Shown piece by piece: positions 1 to 12,487 of a DNA stretch of 64,000 bases. Numbering within the stretch: the first letter of the stretch is position 1; each line of letters opens with the position of its first letter. A program made the position numbers and the translations under genes. The stretch covers positions 56,277 to 120,276 of the forward strand of contig NC_068989.1 of NCBI RefSeq assembly GCF_001194135.2. The letters are read 5' to 3'. Under the pieces are notes generated by a model, which had not been told where the DNA came from, did not search any database, and was given only the letters and a program-made list of their open reading frames with translations. The DNA is from Octopus bimaculoides (Eukaryota).

Positions 1-83
1 CACTCTTCCAATGTTCCAGTGATACCAAGGTTGCATAGTTTGTGACTTATCATGATCAACCTTGGCAAAGTTAAGATATATCA

Positions 84-174
84 CACCTATATATATATAT
101 ATATATATACACTATATATATATATATATATATACACTATATATATATATATATATATACACTATATATATATA
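84..174. repeat. Compound (TA)n microsatellite punctuated by CAC about every 24-26 bp
   Basis: Directly visible as repeated tatatatata...tacac units. Confidence 0.9.
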
Positions 175-1020
175 GTAGCTGACATACCGGGTAATTCCTG
201 GGAAAGCGGGCTTATCCCTTGGTTCCGTTCTCATAATTGTTTCGCTAATCCATTAACAACAATACAAAGTATGTAGCCCTTAAAACGGTTTTTGTGCATT
301 TACAGAGAATACCAAACTGTCTTACATAGGATCTTGTTTTTAGGAATTCCCAGTAAGTTATGAATACCCAAATTGTGAAGTCAGTTATGTAATAACATGA
401 AATTAATTACCCTATAGTAAGAATTCAAAGAAAGTAGCTCCGAAAAGGGCTTTAATATGTTCCCAGAGTATATAGATTTTAGGAGGAAATACTAATAAGG
501 TATGTATACTAAAATCATGAAACACGTTACTTAATAACAGGCTAATCAGATATGAGATAATAGCAATTCAAAGTATTTAACTGAAAAAAAGCTTTTGTAC
601 ATTCCCAGAGAATATTACCTTCAGCAGCACGAATAAATCACTAACCAAAATAAGTGGATCTATTGTTTAGAATACTATTTACTTGTTTAAGCATTGTATT
701 TGGATAAATTGAGAAAATAACTAAAATAGTTCAAATACTAAGAAATAAGCATACTAAAAATTAATGGATTATTTCCAGGAGGGAATGGGTTATTTCCGTT
801 AGAAGCTTAAACATCATTACTCTCACCGTTCACTCACGCCCAAATGTTATTATTTTTTCGAAATCAATTTAAGCTTAAAACCTCCCCAGACACATAAGCA
901 ATGTGCGTGTGAATTTTAAGAAAAATCGGTCGAGCCGTTTTGGCACAAAACGAGGACATACCGATATGCACAACACATATACACACACACACAGACATTT
1001 TCAGTTTTAATATGTAAGAT
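175..1020 (+). mobile_element. Non-autonomous Helitron/Helentron-like (HINE/DINE-type) element
   Basis: Begins gtagctgacataccgggtaattcc; ends aaaaatcggtcgagccgttt...cacacagacattttcagttttaatatgtaagat followed by T; internal degenerate repeats of about 140-165 bp. Family assignment is from recalled terminal motifs. Confidence 0.55.
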
Positions 1021-1306
1021 TATTTTATGCTTGGTTTTAAAATCCCACCAAGATTAGCTTTTCAGTTTTCTGGTTCTATAAATTTTAAGTACCAGTCAAA
1101 ACTGGAGTTGATTAAGTTGACCCCCACTTCCAAATCGGATACCTTTGCACTCCACTTAGAAATCAATAATTTTGTCACAGACCTGCTGTTAGCTTTGACC
1201 CTACTATACTAGGTTTTGGTTAAATAGGTAGTAGCATTTTTTAGAGTCTGTTCAAATGTGAACAATCAAATGGAAAGAAGTAGAAATGCCAAAGATACTA
1301 ATTAAT

Positions 1307-2064
1307 CAAGGTTGCCACTCATCAAATAATAAAACACTGAGATTATTTGCTGCAAAAAACCCAGATCCTGTTTTATAAACCAAGAATTTAGAAAAATGGG
1401 TATATAATTGGTAATTTAATGATAAAATATATTATATGACAAAATGACTACAGAATTTAATACTTTATATCATATGGCAGCTAATTGTCAATTTCGTACA
1501 TATCCACATCTTCATTCACTCATTCAGTGGTGATACTCTTTTTGGACATACTATTGTCTGCCATTACTTTGCAATGAGTTACTAAACAAAAACATTAACT
1601 CGAAATGTTGTTAAACAAATTTTAAATCGTGTGCAACAATCAAAGCATTACCATCAACAGAGTCAAGCTGTCAGCAGGCGGTGTCATAGTTTCAGACAAG
1701 TGTACAAGTGGCCACCAATGCGTTGTAATTTGTAGTTGCCCAGTATTATACAAGTATAAACAAATAATGAACACGTACGATCGGTAATTATGTCACATAC
1801 AATATTTGTATTGATAAATTCTTTACATGAGATGATTATGGATGATATATAGAAAGTTTACAAAGTATTAGAAGAGGTACAACTTTGGTGCATATTGCAT
1901 CCAAAGAGTATGATGCCAAATTCTCTTTAAAAGATAAGTTTGCAGCCAAAACTAACTTAAAAACCCAGATTTAATGTAAATTTTGAAATTTAAACCCATA
2001 AACCCATCATTGCTCAAAAAAAACCCAGATCTGAGTGGGAAAAAACCCATCAGTGGCATTCTTG
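1307..2064. mobile_element. Non-autonomous hAT-type DNA transposon (758 bp)
   Basis: TIRs caaggttgccact and agtggcattcttg; identical 8-bp TSD taattaat at 1299-1306 and 2065-2072; subterminal aaaaacccagat repeats at both ends. Confidence 0.85.
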
Positions 2065-3319
2065 TAATTAATCTCTTGCTAATCAAAGCCACTCTAATAC
2101 TTATTGTTCACCATAAGAGTTCCCAGAGATAGCTTAACTATTTATCTCTTTAATAGTCCTAACAATAAATATATAATAAAAGAACAATCTAATGCCTAAT
2201 TGAAATTTAGTCCTTTTGGGAATAGAAAGGCTAACTTATTATCATAGCAATTTGTTTAAAGCATTTCACTTTTCATGTTGCATAGCAAACTTGGCTCTTT
2301 CCTAAAACAGCTGTGTAATGGTGATGGTATTTTATAATACAGAACAGTTCAGTAAAAATAAACCACTTCCTTTTCCAGGATGATTAACTATGTTAAACAA
2401 GTCACATGACAACCCACTTCTATAATTTCCAGTCATAAGAGTGATAAGTGTGGATTTACAACAATAGGAACATAGGTAATTAATTTTAACATTAGTCATG
2501 AGTAGGAATATCATCTGGGAAATACATTCAAGTCTTGTATCCTGGATACACCAATCCAAACTCAGGCTTAGGTCTACTCACTGTACAGATGTATGGTTAA
2601 GAAATTTGCTTCATGATTTTGTGCATTTGAACTCATTATATGGCATCTTCCTCAAGTGTGAATTTTAAATGTGTATTTAAACATAGATTCTCTTTCAATA
2701 GTAATAAGTTTATATCTTATTGCAGAAATGAAAAAAAAAAGTGAATGTTATTAGTGATATCTCAACATTCATATATTAGGACAGGAGGCATTAAGGGAGC
2801 TCTACCTACTAGATTTTGCTGCTAAGTCTCCCTCAAAACATACCCTGCAATCTTAAAATCGAAAGACATGGAATTGAATTCTTGAAGATGCAATTTTTAT
2901 TGGTACTATTTGAAGAGCATTGGACAAAATGAAATGTGGTTTTTGGTTATATTGCTTTAAATTCTGAGCTCAAATTCTGCTAAGGTCAACTTGACCTTCC
3001 ATCCTTCAGGGGTTGATAGAATAAACACCTGAAGTAATGGAATTGACTGCACCCTTTTTGCACTTTAGTAGCCCTGAGCCTATGATAGAAATGAACTATA
3101 AGGTAACTATCTGGAGGCAGGTGCTTCTCCTTGTAATAATAATGATTATGAACTCACACATGCACGTGCACACATGCATGCACACAAGCAATTACATACA
3201 GAGGCACAGGCACATTCACATATCTGCACACAGGTACACACAGGCAAGCATACATACACACTTGACTTTTTGTATGTGATTGACTAGTTGAATTTTGAAA
3301 GGTTACAAACACACACATA

Positions 3320-3365
3320 CATCATCATCATTTAACATCTGTTTTCCATGCTAGCATGTTTGGGA

Positions 3366-3366
<1 letters not shown>
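3320..3366 (-). mobile_element. RTE LINE 3' tail-only copy
   Basis: Reverse complement reads gtcccaaacatgctagcatggaaaacagatgttaaatgatgatgatg, matching the RTE tails elsewhere in the window. Confidence 0.8.
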
Positions 3367-3410
<44 letters not shown>

Positions 3411-3411
<1 letters not shown>

Positions 3412-4270
3412 CATTTAACGTCTTGAATTCCTCTGTTATTGCCTGGAGGACTATAATGAATAAGAGGGGGATGAAGACTGATCCTTGTTGAACCCCTACT
3501 TCTACCCAGAATTCTTCACTATACTCATTGCCAACTCTCACCTTACTGACAGCGTCCCTGTACAGGACTTGTACAGCTCTCACCAACCACTTGTCTATCC
3601 TAAGTTTCCACATTGACCACCAGATAAGGGATCGAGGGGCCTTGTCAAAGGCTTTCTCCAAATCAACAAAAGCCAGATATAGCAGTTTATCTTTGGTTAG
3701 ATATTTCTCTTGCAGTTGCCTTACCAGAAATATAGCATCAGTGGTGCTTCTGCCTGGCACAAAACCAAACTGCATCTCATCTAGGCTAACTCTCTCCCTA
3801 ATTGGTTGGGCTATGACTCTCTCTCTCTCTAACTTTCCTTACCTGATCCAATAATTTGATACTCCTGTAGTTATTTCTATCTAAAGCATCACCTTTACCT
3901 TTGTAGCAATTGACTGTGGTGCTGCTACACTAGTCATTGGGTATGACTCCTTCATGAACTACCTGATTTATGATATGGGTAACAAGACCATAACCCACAC
4001 CACTTGATATCTTAAGCATTTCAGCGGTGATTCCTGGTAGGCCAGGTGCTTTCCCTGTCTTCATATCCTTAATTGCTTTATCTACCAGGTAACTGTCAGT
4101 TCAGGTAACTGATCTCTCAATTGGGTCAACATTTGGCAGACTCTCCTCCTCCCATTCATTCTCTACATTCAGCAGACTTTCATAATGGCATCTCCAAGCC
4201 TTTTTCTTTGTAGAATCATTAAACGCGAGGGCACCATCATACATGCAGGCACATTTCTCTCCTATGACAT
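3411..4270 (-). mobile_element. RTE LINE reverse-transcriptase fragment, internally deleted
   Basis: MQFGFVPGRSTTDAIFLVRQLQEKYL...YLAFVDLEKAFDK...GVQQGSVFIPLLFIIVLQAITEEFK, joined directly to the tail gacgttaaatgat. Confidence 0.9.
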
Positions 4271-4379
4271 CAGTTTTCTCTCACACACTGCCTTGCAATC
4301 TGAAATACTTCAGATACATAGATAGATAAATAGATAGATATATAGTTATATACAGATAGATATATATAACTCGATATTT

Positions 4380-4610
4380 TGTACATATAAATTGCAGTAT
4401 GTGTATAATGACTAACACATACATTTCCACAATTCTCAACCGATTTTCATTAAACTTTATGCACACATTACTTATGTCCCAAGGAATGTCATGCACTATA
4501 ACATTTTCCTAGAGCTCCCATGTAAATGAACATAATTTTTTAGTATGTAGGGTTTTCTTTTTAATCTTTTTATAAAAGTGAAAGGATTTTGTCTATTTAT
4601 TTTCACTGCC
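4380..4610 (+). mobile_element. Helitron 5'-end fragment related to 33567-33790
   Basis: About 220 bp clearly similar to 33570-33790 (tataatgactaac.catacatttccacaattct; ttatgtcccaagga; catgcactataacatttt; tataaaagtgaaag). Confidence 0.7.
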
Positions 4611-4703
4611 CCCTATATAAATCACAGTATATATATTTATATATTGTTATATTTATAGATATCTATGTTTATATATATATATTTGTATATTTATAGATAT
4701 CTA

Positions 4704-4747
<44 letters not shown>

Positions 4748-7256
4748 CAGTATTGGTCATATCCAGCTTAAATTTTCTTCCTGTCTTATGTCCAGTCAGT
4801 CCTGATTTGACCTCTTACACCTACCTTCCGTTATCATTCAAAATGAAGGGGAATCACATCATCAAACTCTTTAAACTATGAGATAATGCAGGATTCATTC
4901 AAAACAATGTGAATAAATAAGTATTGCATTTGACAGAGTAATCTCAATTCAAAGTGTTAAATATATATATATATGTCAGTTTGTTATTCCAACATCTTTG
5001 ACAATTAACAGGTCACATGTTTTCACCTTGTTTTGTAATTATTTTCTATATAATTAATAATTTGTAATAATTTTCTATCCTCAAAGATAAAACACGTATA
5101 CTAGCATGATTGCACTAATATTCCTAATTCTAGAAATAATATTATACTGAAAGTGATTGAAGTAGAAAGACACTGTAATGACTGCATTACTTTATTTACC
5201 CCATCCCCCACCGAACAGCTGGGATGTTAGTATATGTGACATTTACAGTTTTTCACATTTATAACCTATATCCATGGAGTTAATGACAATCAATAAAAAA
5301 AAACTTAGACAAATTGTTGTTTTTCTTTAATTTATTGATTACATATTGATCATTTGGAAAGGAATTGTTGAGGTGTATATAATTTCTCCAGTTTTGCTTC
5401 CTCTAAATAATTTCCTTTTTAATTTCTTGTACGCTCACATTTGTTTTAATACTAAAGCTGGTTGACTAGTTGTGCAAAGTTAGACATGTGTTAGTGTTTA
5501 TAGTATTCTGATTGCTTATTATGTACAGTAAGAAATGAGTTTGAATAAGCTATCCTGGTGACAGTTTTAGTATGCTACTTGGATAACATTGGTGAACCAT
5601 GATACATATTATAACAGACTTTTAAGGATTTAAATGTGCCCTTATTATTGAATTACCTACAGTATGGTATCTTGCTAATTACCTGAGTTTACTAAGCTAA
5701 ATAGATCTATTATAATGAGCTTGTTCACTCGTTATTATAGACTTATTTAATTATTGCAGACATAATAAATTTTGCAAATCAAACATCTTGTAATAATGCT
5801 AACACTTAACATCTTGACAATGTTGATGAAACATGCTTGGCTGATATGGTTAAACTAAAATATATATATATAGATAGATGACATACATCTAAATTAAGCC
5901 AAAATTCAATGTATTATGTTGCATCAATAAACTTTCAAACTGAAAGATTTATCCTACAACTATTCAGTATTGTTCAATTGAACGTATAAAGAGTTTAACT
6001 GAACATTAAAGTTGAAAAGTTACTGAAAGACAGGCTTACCATCTCAGAGGCTCAATGCCCATGTTTCTTTGTTTAAATTCTCTACATTGAAAGATGATCC
6101 AGAAGCTGAACTTATAAAATTGACTTTTATGAACAAAATCAGCTGTGATCAAACAAAAAGATTGTTGCCTGAAACATTTGTCTGTGGTTAACCATCTAGT
6201 AATGGTGCAGTTGAAGCAAGCATTTGCTTATGGAATAGTAGTACAAACAAGTTCTAATACAATGGTATTTTTTCACTACTAGCAAGGTCTCTTACCAGGG
6301 GAAACTCTAGTAAGCAACAAGCTATTCAGTCAAGCCAGACTAAACATTAATGCAATTGTAGATTATTGCATTCTTCTGGCTTCTTTCTGTTACATGGGAA
6401 GAGATGTTTTAACCATTTCTGCAAAACTATTGCATTCTCCATGGCCTGTCCATATTGTTTAATGCATGAATTATTGTTTAATGTGACAAAGAAGTAACTT
6501 GGAATCTTAATTATGTAACAAATGATCATTTATATTACATGAATTCTAAATTGAATGCACACCTAGTTCAAATGCAATTAGATGCAAGTGCAACATACTC
6601 CATCATTCTGGTTTTTCTGTTAACTAATTTGTCAATCAACCTTTCTGGTAGACATTCAACTATAGATAGTTGACAGCAAAGGACTTACTTCACTTTGGTG
6701 CAAACCAAAGATGGTACTGATTACAAAGTACATTTAAATGGCAAGATTCAAACTTTTTCTGCAACTCCTCATCTCAAAACCACGTTCACTGATAGGACTG
6801 TCATATCTCTTTTTCTATACTACATTACTCAATGTCTTCATTTTTAAAGGCAGTAAGGATGTGATTTGTGGGGAATTTGGCTACTATTTCTAGAAAAAAT
6901 ATAGACTTGACCATTGATTTTTGTATTTAGATGCTAAGAGGAGGTGAATGTTCATATGACATTTTTAATTCATTAAATAATTTTGTATTGTTGGTTTTTA
7001 AAATTTTGCAGTGTTTTCTCCCTTTATTGCATCCCCTTCGACTCGCACGTGAGACAATTCTAATAACAATTGCAATTGGCTCATTTCAATTTTGATGTTG
7101 ATCGCAACTGAGAAAGTTACTCAACTATGAATGTTTTATTTACTATTTTTTTTTATAATACCTTATCCACCATTCCACACCACATTCACATTTGGGTACA
7201 TTTGGGATTTCTGCTGTACAACAAGGTTTCAGTTTAATTTATAGCTTGTTTGCTCA

Positions 7257-8037
7257 TACATAGTGCATTCAAAAATAGCATCCAACTTATTTTTTCCTCC
7301 GAAAACTAATCCCATGTGAGCAAAATCCTTTGGGTGGGAGGTGATGCCACCCTTCCTGCTCATGTGTGAAAATTTTCACACCAGTTGGCTGTGTCAATTC
7401 TTGGCTGTTAGGCCTAGAGTACAGACATGTAGTGAATGCTCATTGGATTTTTGTTTTCACACCACATGACTGAATGCATCAAGCAGCAAAAGCCATAAAC
7501 CCATGTCTCATCAGGGTAGTCTTCATGAAGCCTGGGTCATGGTTTGCACAGTCCAGCATGTCCTCAGTGATTTCCATGCAGAGTTGCTTCTACTGCTCTA
7601 CTTGAACTTTTGGGATGAATTTTGCCAAAACCTCCATTAAAATGGAATGCACTAATCCTCTGCTTATTCCCACTTCATAAACAATTGTTCATGAGGATTG
7701 TTACATGATGGTCTTCCGTGACTGTTTACCGAACCTTCTCAATCAGTTTCTCATTTCAGCTTGTAGACGGTCTACCTGAGCATGCCTCAGACTCCACTAA
7801 ATTATGGCTATATTTGAAGTGGTTGTACCACTCTTTGATCTGAGTTTTGGCCATGGCATCACCAAAGGCCTTCTGGCTAGTCTGAGCTTGAGTATCACCA
7901 AGCTTTTGGCAAAATTTGATGCAATCTTTCTGTTTGATGTATTCAGTGAAAATGAAAATCTGATGAGCACACACTACACATCTGTACTCTAAAAATAAAA
8001 TTGGATAAAATCAGGTACTTTTTGAATGCATATCATA
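7257..8037 (-). mobile_element. Mariner (Tc1/mariner) deletion derivative
   Basis: TIR-like ends tacatagtgcattcaaaaata and, as reverse complement, tatgatatgcattcaaaaagta. Minus-strand peptides CIKFCQKLGDTQAQT...QIKEWYNHFK...ESEACSGRPSTS (mariner HTH) and DETWVYG (first catalytic Asp motif) at 7492-7512. Confidence 0.88.
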
Positions 8038-9539
8038 TTTTAGTTTCTAGTAAAAACATTCTTTTCAAACTATTAACATGCTCATGCATACATGAACAAT
8101 TTTACTTTTCCTATCATTTCATGCTGAGAGATTAAAAGCTATAATCTGAAAGTGTGTCACAGTAATTGTTAAAAGAAGTTAATAATGAAGGTGACAATTT
8201 CTAAGTTTGTTCATAAACAAGTATGGTTAAAATTTTGTTGAGAGAAATACTTCTTTTGGCTATTTTCGTGGCTGGGGTGTTCTTGCTGCATTGCTTGCTT
8301 TTCTCTATGACACCCTCCTCCTGCCTCTCTTTCACTTCTCCACCCTTTCCTTGTCATCATCTCATCTTTCTCTGTTATACACCTTTCCATCCCCATCACT
8401 CCTATAATAAGGGATAGTGCTGGATTTACTCCTACTCATCTTGCCTCATCATCCTTAGTACTTTCTCTCTCTCTCTCTCTCCCTCCCATTAATCTTTGGT
8501 GCTACTGTTTCACATCTATTACTCACACCTCCACTAATATCTCTTATCTTATTTTCTCCACTGCCATCCTCTCAGTTATAAATCAATTCCTCGCATCATA
8601 CATTCACTTTTCTCACCACTTTGCCTTAAGCTCAGTTTTTATCCTTATCTTCTTCTATCCTGCCTTTCAGATTAGTGGTGGTGGTGGTGGTGTTGGGGAG
8701 ATTTAGTTTTGTGAGTTAAAAGGTGATCTCACTAATGCTATTGCCACAAGGAAATGCACCAAGTAAAATTGATAAAGTTATCAGTGAATCCAGATGAAAC
8801 GATCTAGGGTTAAGAAAACTCTTTGGACTTTCTGAGAGCAGGTCAATCTCTCTTGTGCTGGTGGTAGGTGTTAAGAAACCATACTTAACCTAAGATCTGG
8901 TCCTCTAATCCTACTTGGCAGGTGGATACTCTGAATAAGAACTCATCCAGACTATGGTGACTTAGCACAGAAAACAGATAATGTTGTCTTATTTGCTTTA
9001 GAGTTCTAAAATAGGTTGATATTTTCATGTAGACATTTTTATTAATGATAATATCACTGATAAAAAAATTTAATTTTTTTTTATTAGTTAATTTTACTGT
9101 TCCTTCAAAATTTCTATTGTTCTTCCTTGTTTCTCAGTGTAAAGTGTAGCGCACACTTGAGTGAAATTCCTCTCCTCTCTATTATATATATACATACGAA
9201 CGTAGTAGATAACAGCTAGCCTTTGGCTGCATTTTGGACCCTGTTTTGTCTACTACTCTGATTGGTTGGTATTGGTGCAATTTGTCTCTTACTCTATTCA
9301 CGCCAATATGCAACCCAACCAATCACAACCTTCAAATAAGGTGATGTGTGACAGCCTGTTTTCTACCCAGCTTTGAGCTTACAACTCCTTATAAAAACCT
9401 AACTTTTCCTCGTCTCAAGGTCTTTCGGTTCCAGACTTTCCAAGGTGTCACAGGTGGGGGTTTTTTTGTGTTTTGAGTTCGAATCATGAGATTCTGGAGT
9501 AAGCTGTTTGCTTGTGATACTTGTTGAAGGTTTCCCCAT

Positions 9540-10012
9540 ATGGGTTAGGGTTAGATTAATGAAGCATGGCTGGTGGCAGCAGTCATGCATAGAATGGAAG
9601 ATGAAGGGAAAATCTTAAAGATTACCAGAACAGAAAAGGTTAATTGATGTGTGGGGTATGGCCTCGAGATGGCTATAGAAGAAGCCTAAAAGACCTGAAC
9701 AAGATTACAGAGGAAATCATTCTCCCAGAGGACATTCAACTGAGAGTAGTGGTGGAAGGAAGACCACCAAAATGTTTCTTATGTGGTCAACAGTGGCACT
9801 TGAAAGCAGGGTGCCCCCAGAAAGAAAGCAAAGAAGAGGAGCAGAAAAGGGAAAAACAGAGTACCAAAGTGGTGGTACTGGAAAGAGAGAAAGATGAAGT
9901 GGAGGGGTCATTCACTGTTGTGAACAGAAGGAAAAGGAAGGAACGGGTGAGCTCTCCACCAGAGAACCAGAAGAGGATGAAGGAGATTGAGATGGAGGAA
10001 AAAAAGGGATAG
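9540..10012 (+). mobile_element. Gag-like LINE ORF1 relic (Tx1/L1- or L2-like) with a CCHC knuckle
   Basis: LRVVVEGRPPKCFLCGQQWHLKAGCPQK fits C-x2-C-x4-H-x4-C, followed by a charged tail FTVVNRRKRK. No ORF2 is visible downstream. Confidence 0.65.
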
Positions 10013-12487
10013 GTGTGACACACCAACAGAATCAACAATGAAAGGTAGAGTGGAAGCAGAAAGAAATTAGTACAACACGATGTGGGATGCTAGGCATTTG
10101 ACGTTTATTTTGGTCCATCAAGAAATGAATCACGTGGAACACCTCGTACAAACAGCCCAGGTCTGTCGCTGAAGCAAACGGAGGTTAAAAAGAGAAAAAA
10201 TAAGTGGTATATGGTCACATATACCAAAAGCACAGCAATCGAGTGGAAGATTACAAAGTTGAAATCAGTCAGAAGAGTAAGGTTGCCACCGGAGAAATAT
10301 TCCGAAAATACCAAGGGAATAATTATTGTAACAAGGATAGATATATGAAATTGAAAGAACTGTTCGGAAATAGTATAGACCTGTTTGGGGTAGGAGTTGA
10401 ATTCGATGAATTACCACCAGTCGTGGAGTTTGATTATTTGAAACCCTTAATGAACTGTTAAAAAGAGTAAATGCTGTTCGTCCAACAGCATTCAGCGACC
10501 TCCATCTTTGTCGCCACCATTCGTCCCAACGTCAACATCTCTCTATGTACTCACACTGGTTACAACAATGCACTGTTCGTGAATTACTTCACCATAGATC
10601 AACAGCGAATATACAACCTGCAAGAACTCCTGTACCAAGTGACCCAGGTAGCAGCATCTGAGCCACAACTTCATGTATGACATGTACTGCAACTGGCTCT
10701 GAATCATCGCCACAACTTCTTGATACAATAGTTGAACTGTCGTGTACAATTGACTACGACCTGGTATTTATCATTCTTATGTCTATGAACTTACTCTTCA
10801 CTTCGATGGCTATAGACTCTTTCTCTATCTCTTCTTCATTGCCATCCTTATATGTTCTTAACACACGTATGTCTCTGCCTGCATAAACACGCATTCATCT
10901 TGTTCTTATGACAGCCTATCTATTATTCTGTATATATGACGTACACACAATCACACATGTTACCATATCAATAAATCTTCTCTTAAACATTCTACCCGGT
11001 TGTGTCGCCCTCTAGCACATATATGCATTATTTTATTTATCGACCGTGTGATGTACTAAGGAGCCATTCTCATCACCTCACTTCATACGGATGTCACAAA
11101 TTGGTGACCCATTCCAGCTCCTTGAAACTACAAAACAATTATAATGGGGTAAAGAGATACTCCACACGTATCATAAACCTTCAATTCCATTATAAAAATA
11201 AGAGAATTGACTCATCCTAATAAAGAGTGTTGTAAATTTGTTTGGCAGCATTCCGGTGTACCATGGCATATCATTATTAAAAAAATCCTCATGTCTAATA
11301 TCTCAAATGCAATGACTCCTCTCACCTTGATTTTATTACAATTTCTAAAAGTAATCTTGCTTCCCTGTCTTGTCACTTGTACTATCATTTGTTTGAAATT
11401 ACAAGAAAGCAACACAACTGTGACAAGTCTGACCAGTGGAAATTTGCAAGGTTTCAAATTATATTTTCTTACTTTACAATATTTACAGTCTGTATGGAAG
11501 TATATTATTTTCAGATTAACATTGGAATTATATATATTATGTCTATGCTGTGTATTTGTTTTACTAGCAGAACCCATAAATATTTCATTGAACTAACGGT
11601 AAACTTATTGGGTTATTTCTGAAAAATGTATCCAGAAAACCTGAAAGTGTACCCTGTGTGGTGTTTGTATCAAAAGATAGTTACTCATCTGCTACTCTTT
11701 GAAAAGTGAAGGAAACTGGAGTACAATGTTTACTTAATGCACTTTGTATATACACTTTATATACATCATGCACAATTCTGTAGACTTAATACACAACACT
11801 CTTTCTCTCTTGTTCTTTGCCTTACCCTCTTTTTCTCCTTTTTCTTCCTCTTTGCTTTTCCCTTCAACTAATCATGTGAAAGCATTACAGATGGGTTTAA
11901 TAACGGAGGGAAAAAAATTTACACATTTCATTGACCGCCACCCCCTCCCCTTCCAGTCTCCCTCCATCCATTCTCTTCCTTTCCCCTCTCCTCCACCATC
12001 ATGTGAAAGTGTTACGGACAGGCTAAGTTAGAGAGTTACAAGTAGAATTATTAGATGTTTATTTCAAGTTTATCAAGCTGTTAAAAGGAATGCTGAGCTT
12101 TTCCTTTATCAGATGTGTTTTATCGATGTAGCAGTTTTTACTGACTATTCCAGTTAAACTTGTGTCCTAATGTTGTTTTTAACAGTGATGTCTGACTTGT
12201 AATGTCTTTGTAATAGCAGAAAAAAAAAAAAATTATTCTAATTTATAAGGACTGACTACACTAAAAGAGTCTGAATTGGTAGAATTATAGAGTATCAGAC
12301 GAAAAACTGTTTTGTGCTGTTTAATTATAGCTCTTTACATTCTGAATTCAAATCCTGCTGAGATTGAATTTTGTTTTTTGTTCTTCAGTTTTCAATAAAA
12401 CAAAACACAAACTTTGGCAGTTAATTTCATGTTTTTATAATGCATTCAAGAAGTAAGATGAATTATAATAGAAGATTAGCAGACATT

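Noticed and set aside
52-276. YIYI/THTH/VCVC-type ORFs here and at 17.8, 21.5, 43.5 and 56.3 kb
   Set aside because: Translations of dinucleotide microsatellites.
10456-11115. Solo LTR (tgtta…aataaa…gcaca, then aattggtgaccc resembling a PBS)
   Set aside because: No second LTR, no TSD and no gag/pol homology after the putative PBS; boundaries are ambiguous.
11207-11622. Overlapping ORFs of 81-129 aa
   Set aside because: No recognisable domain, no splice-consistent partners, and composition typical of AT-rich non-coding DNA.
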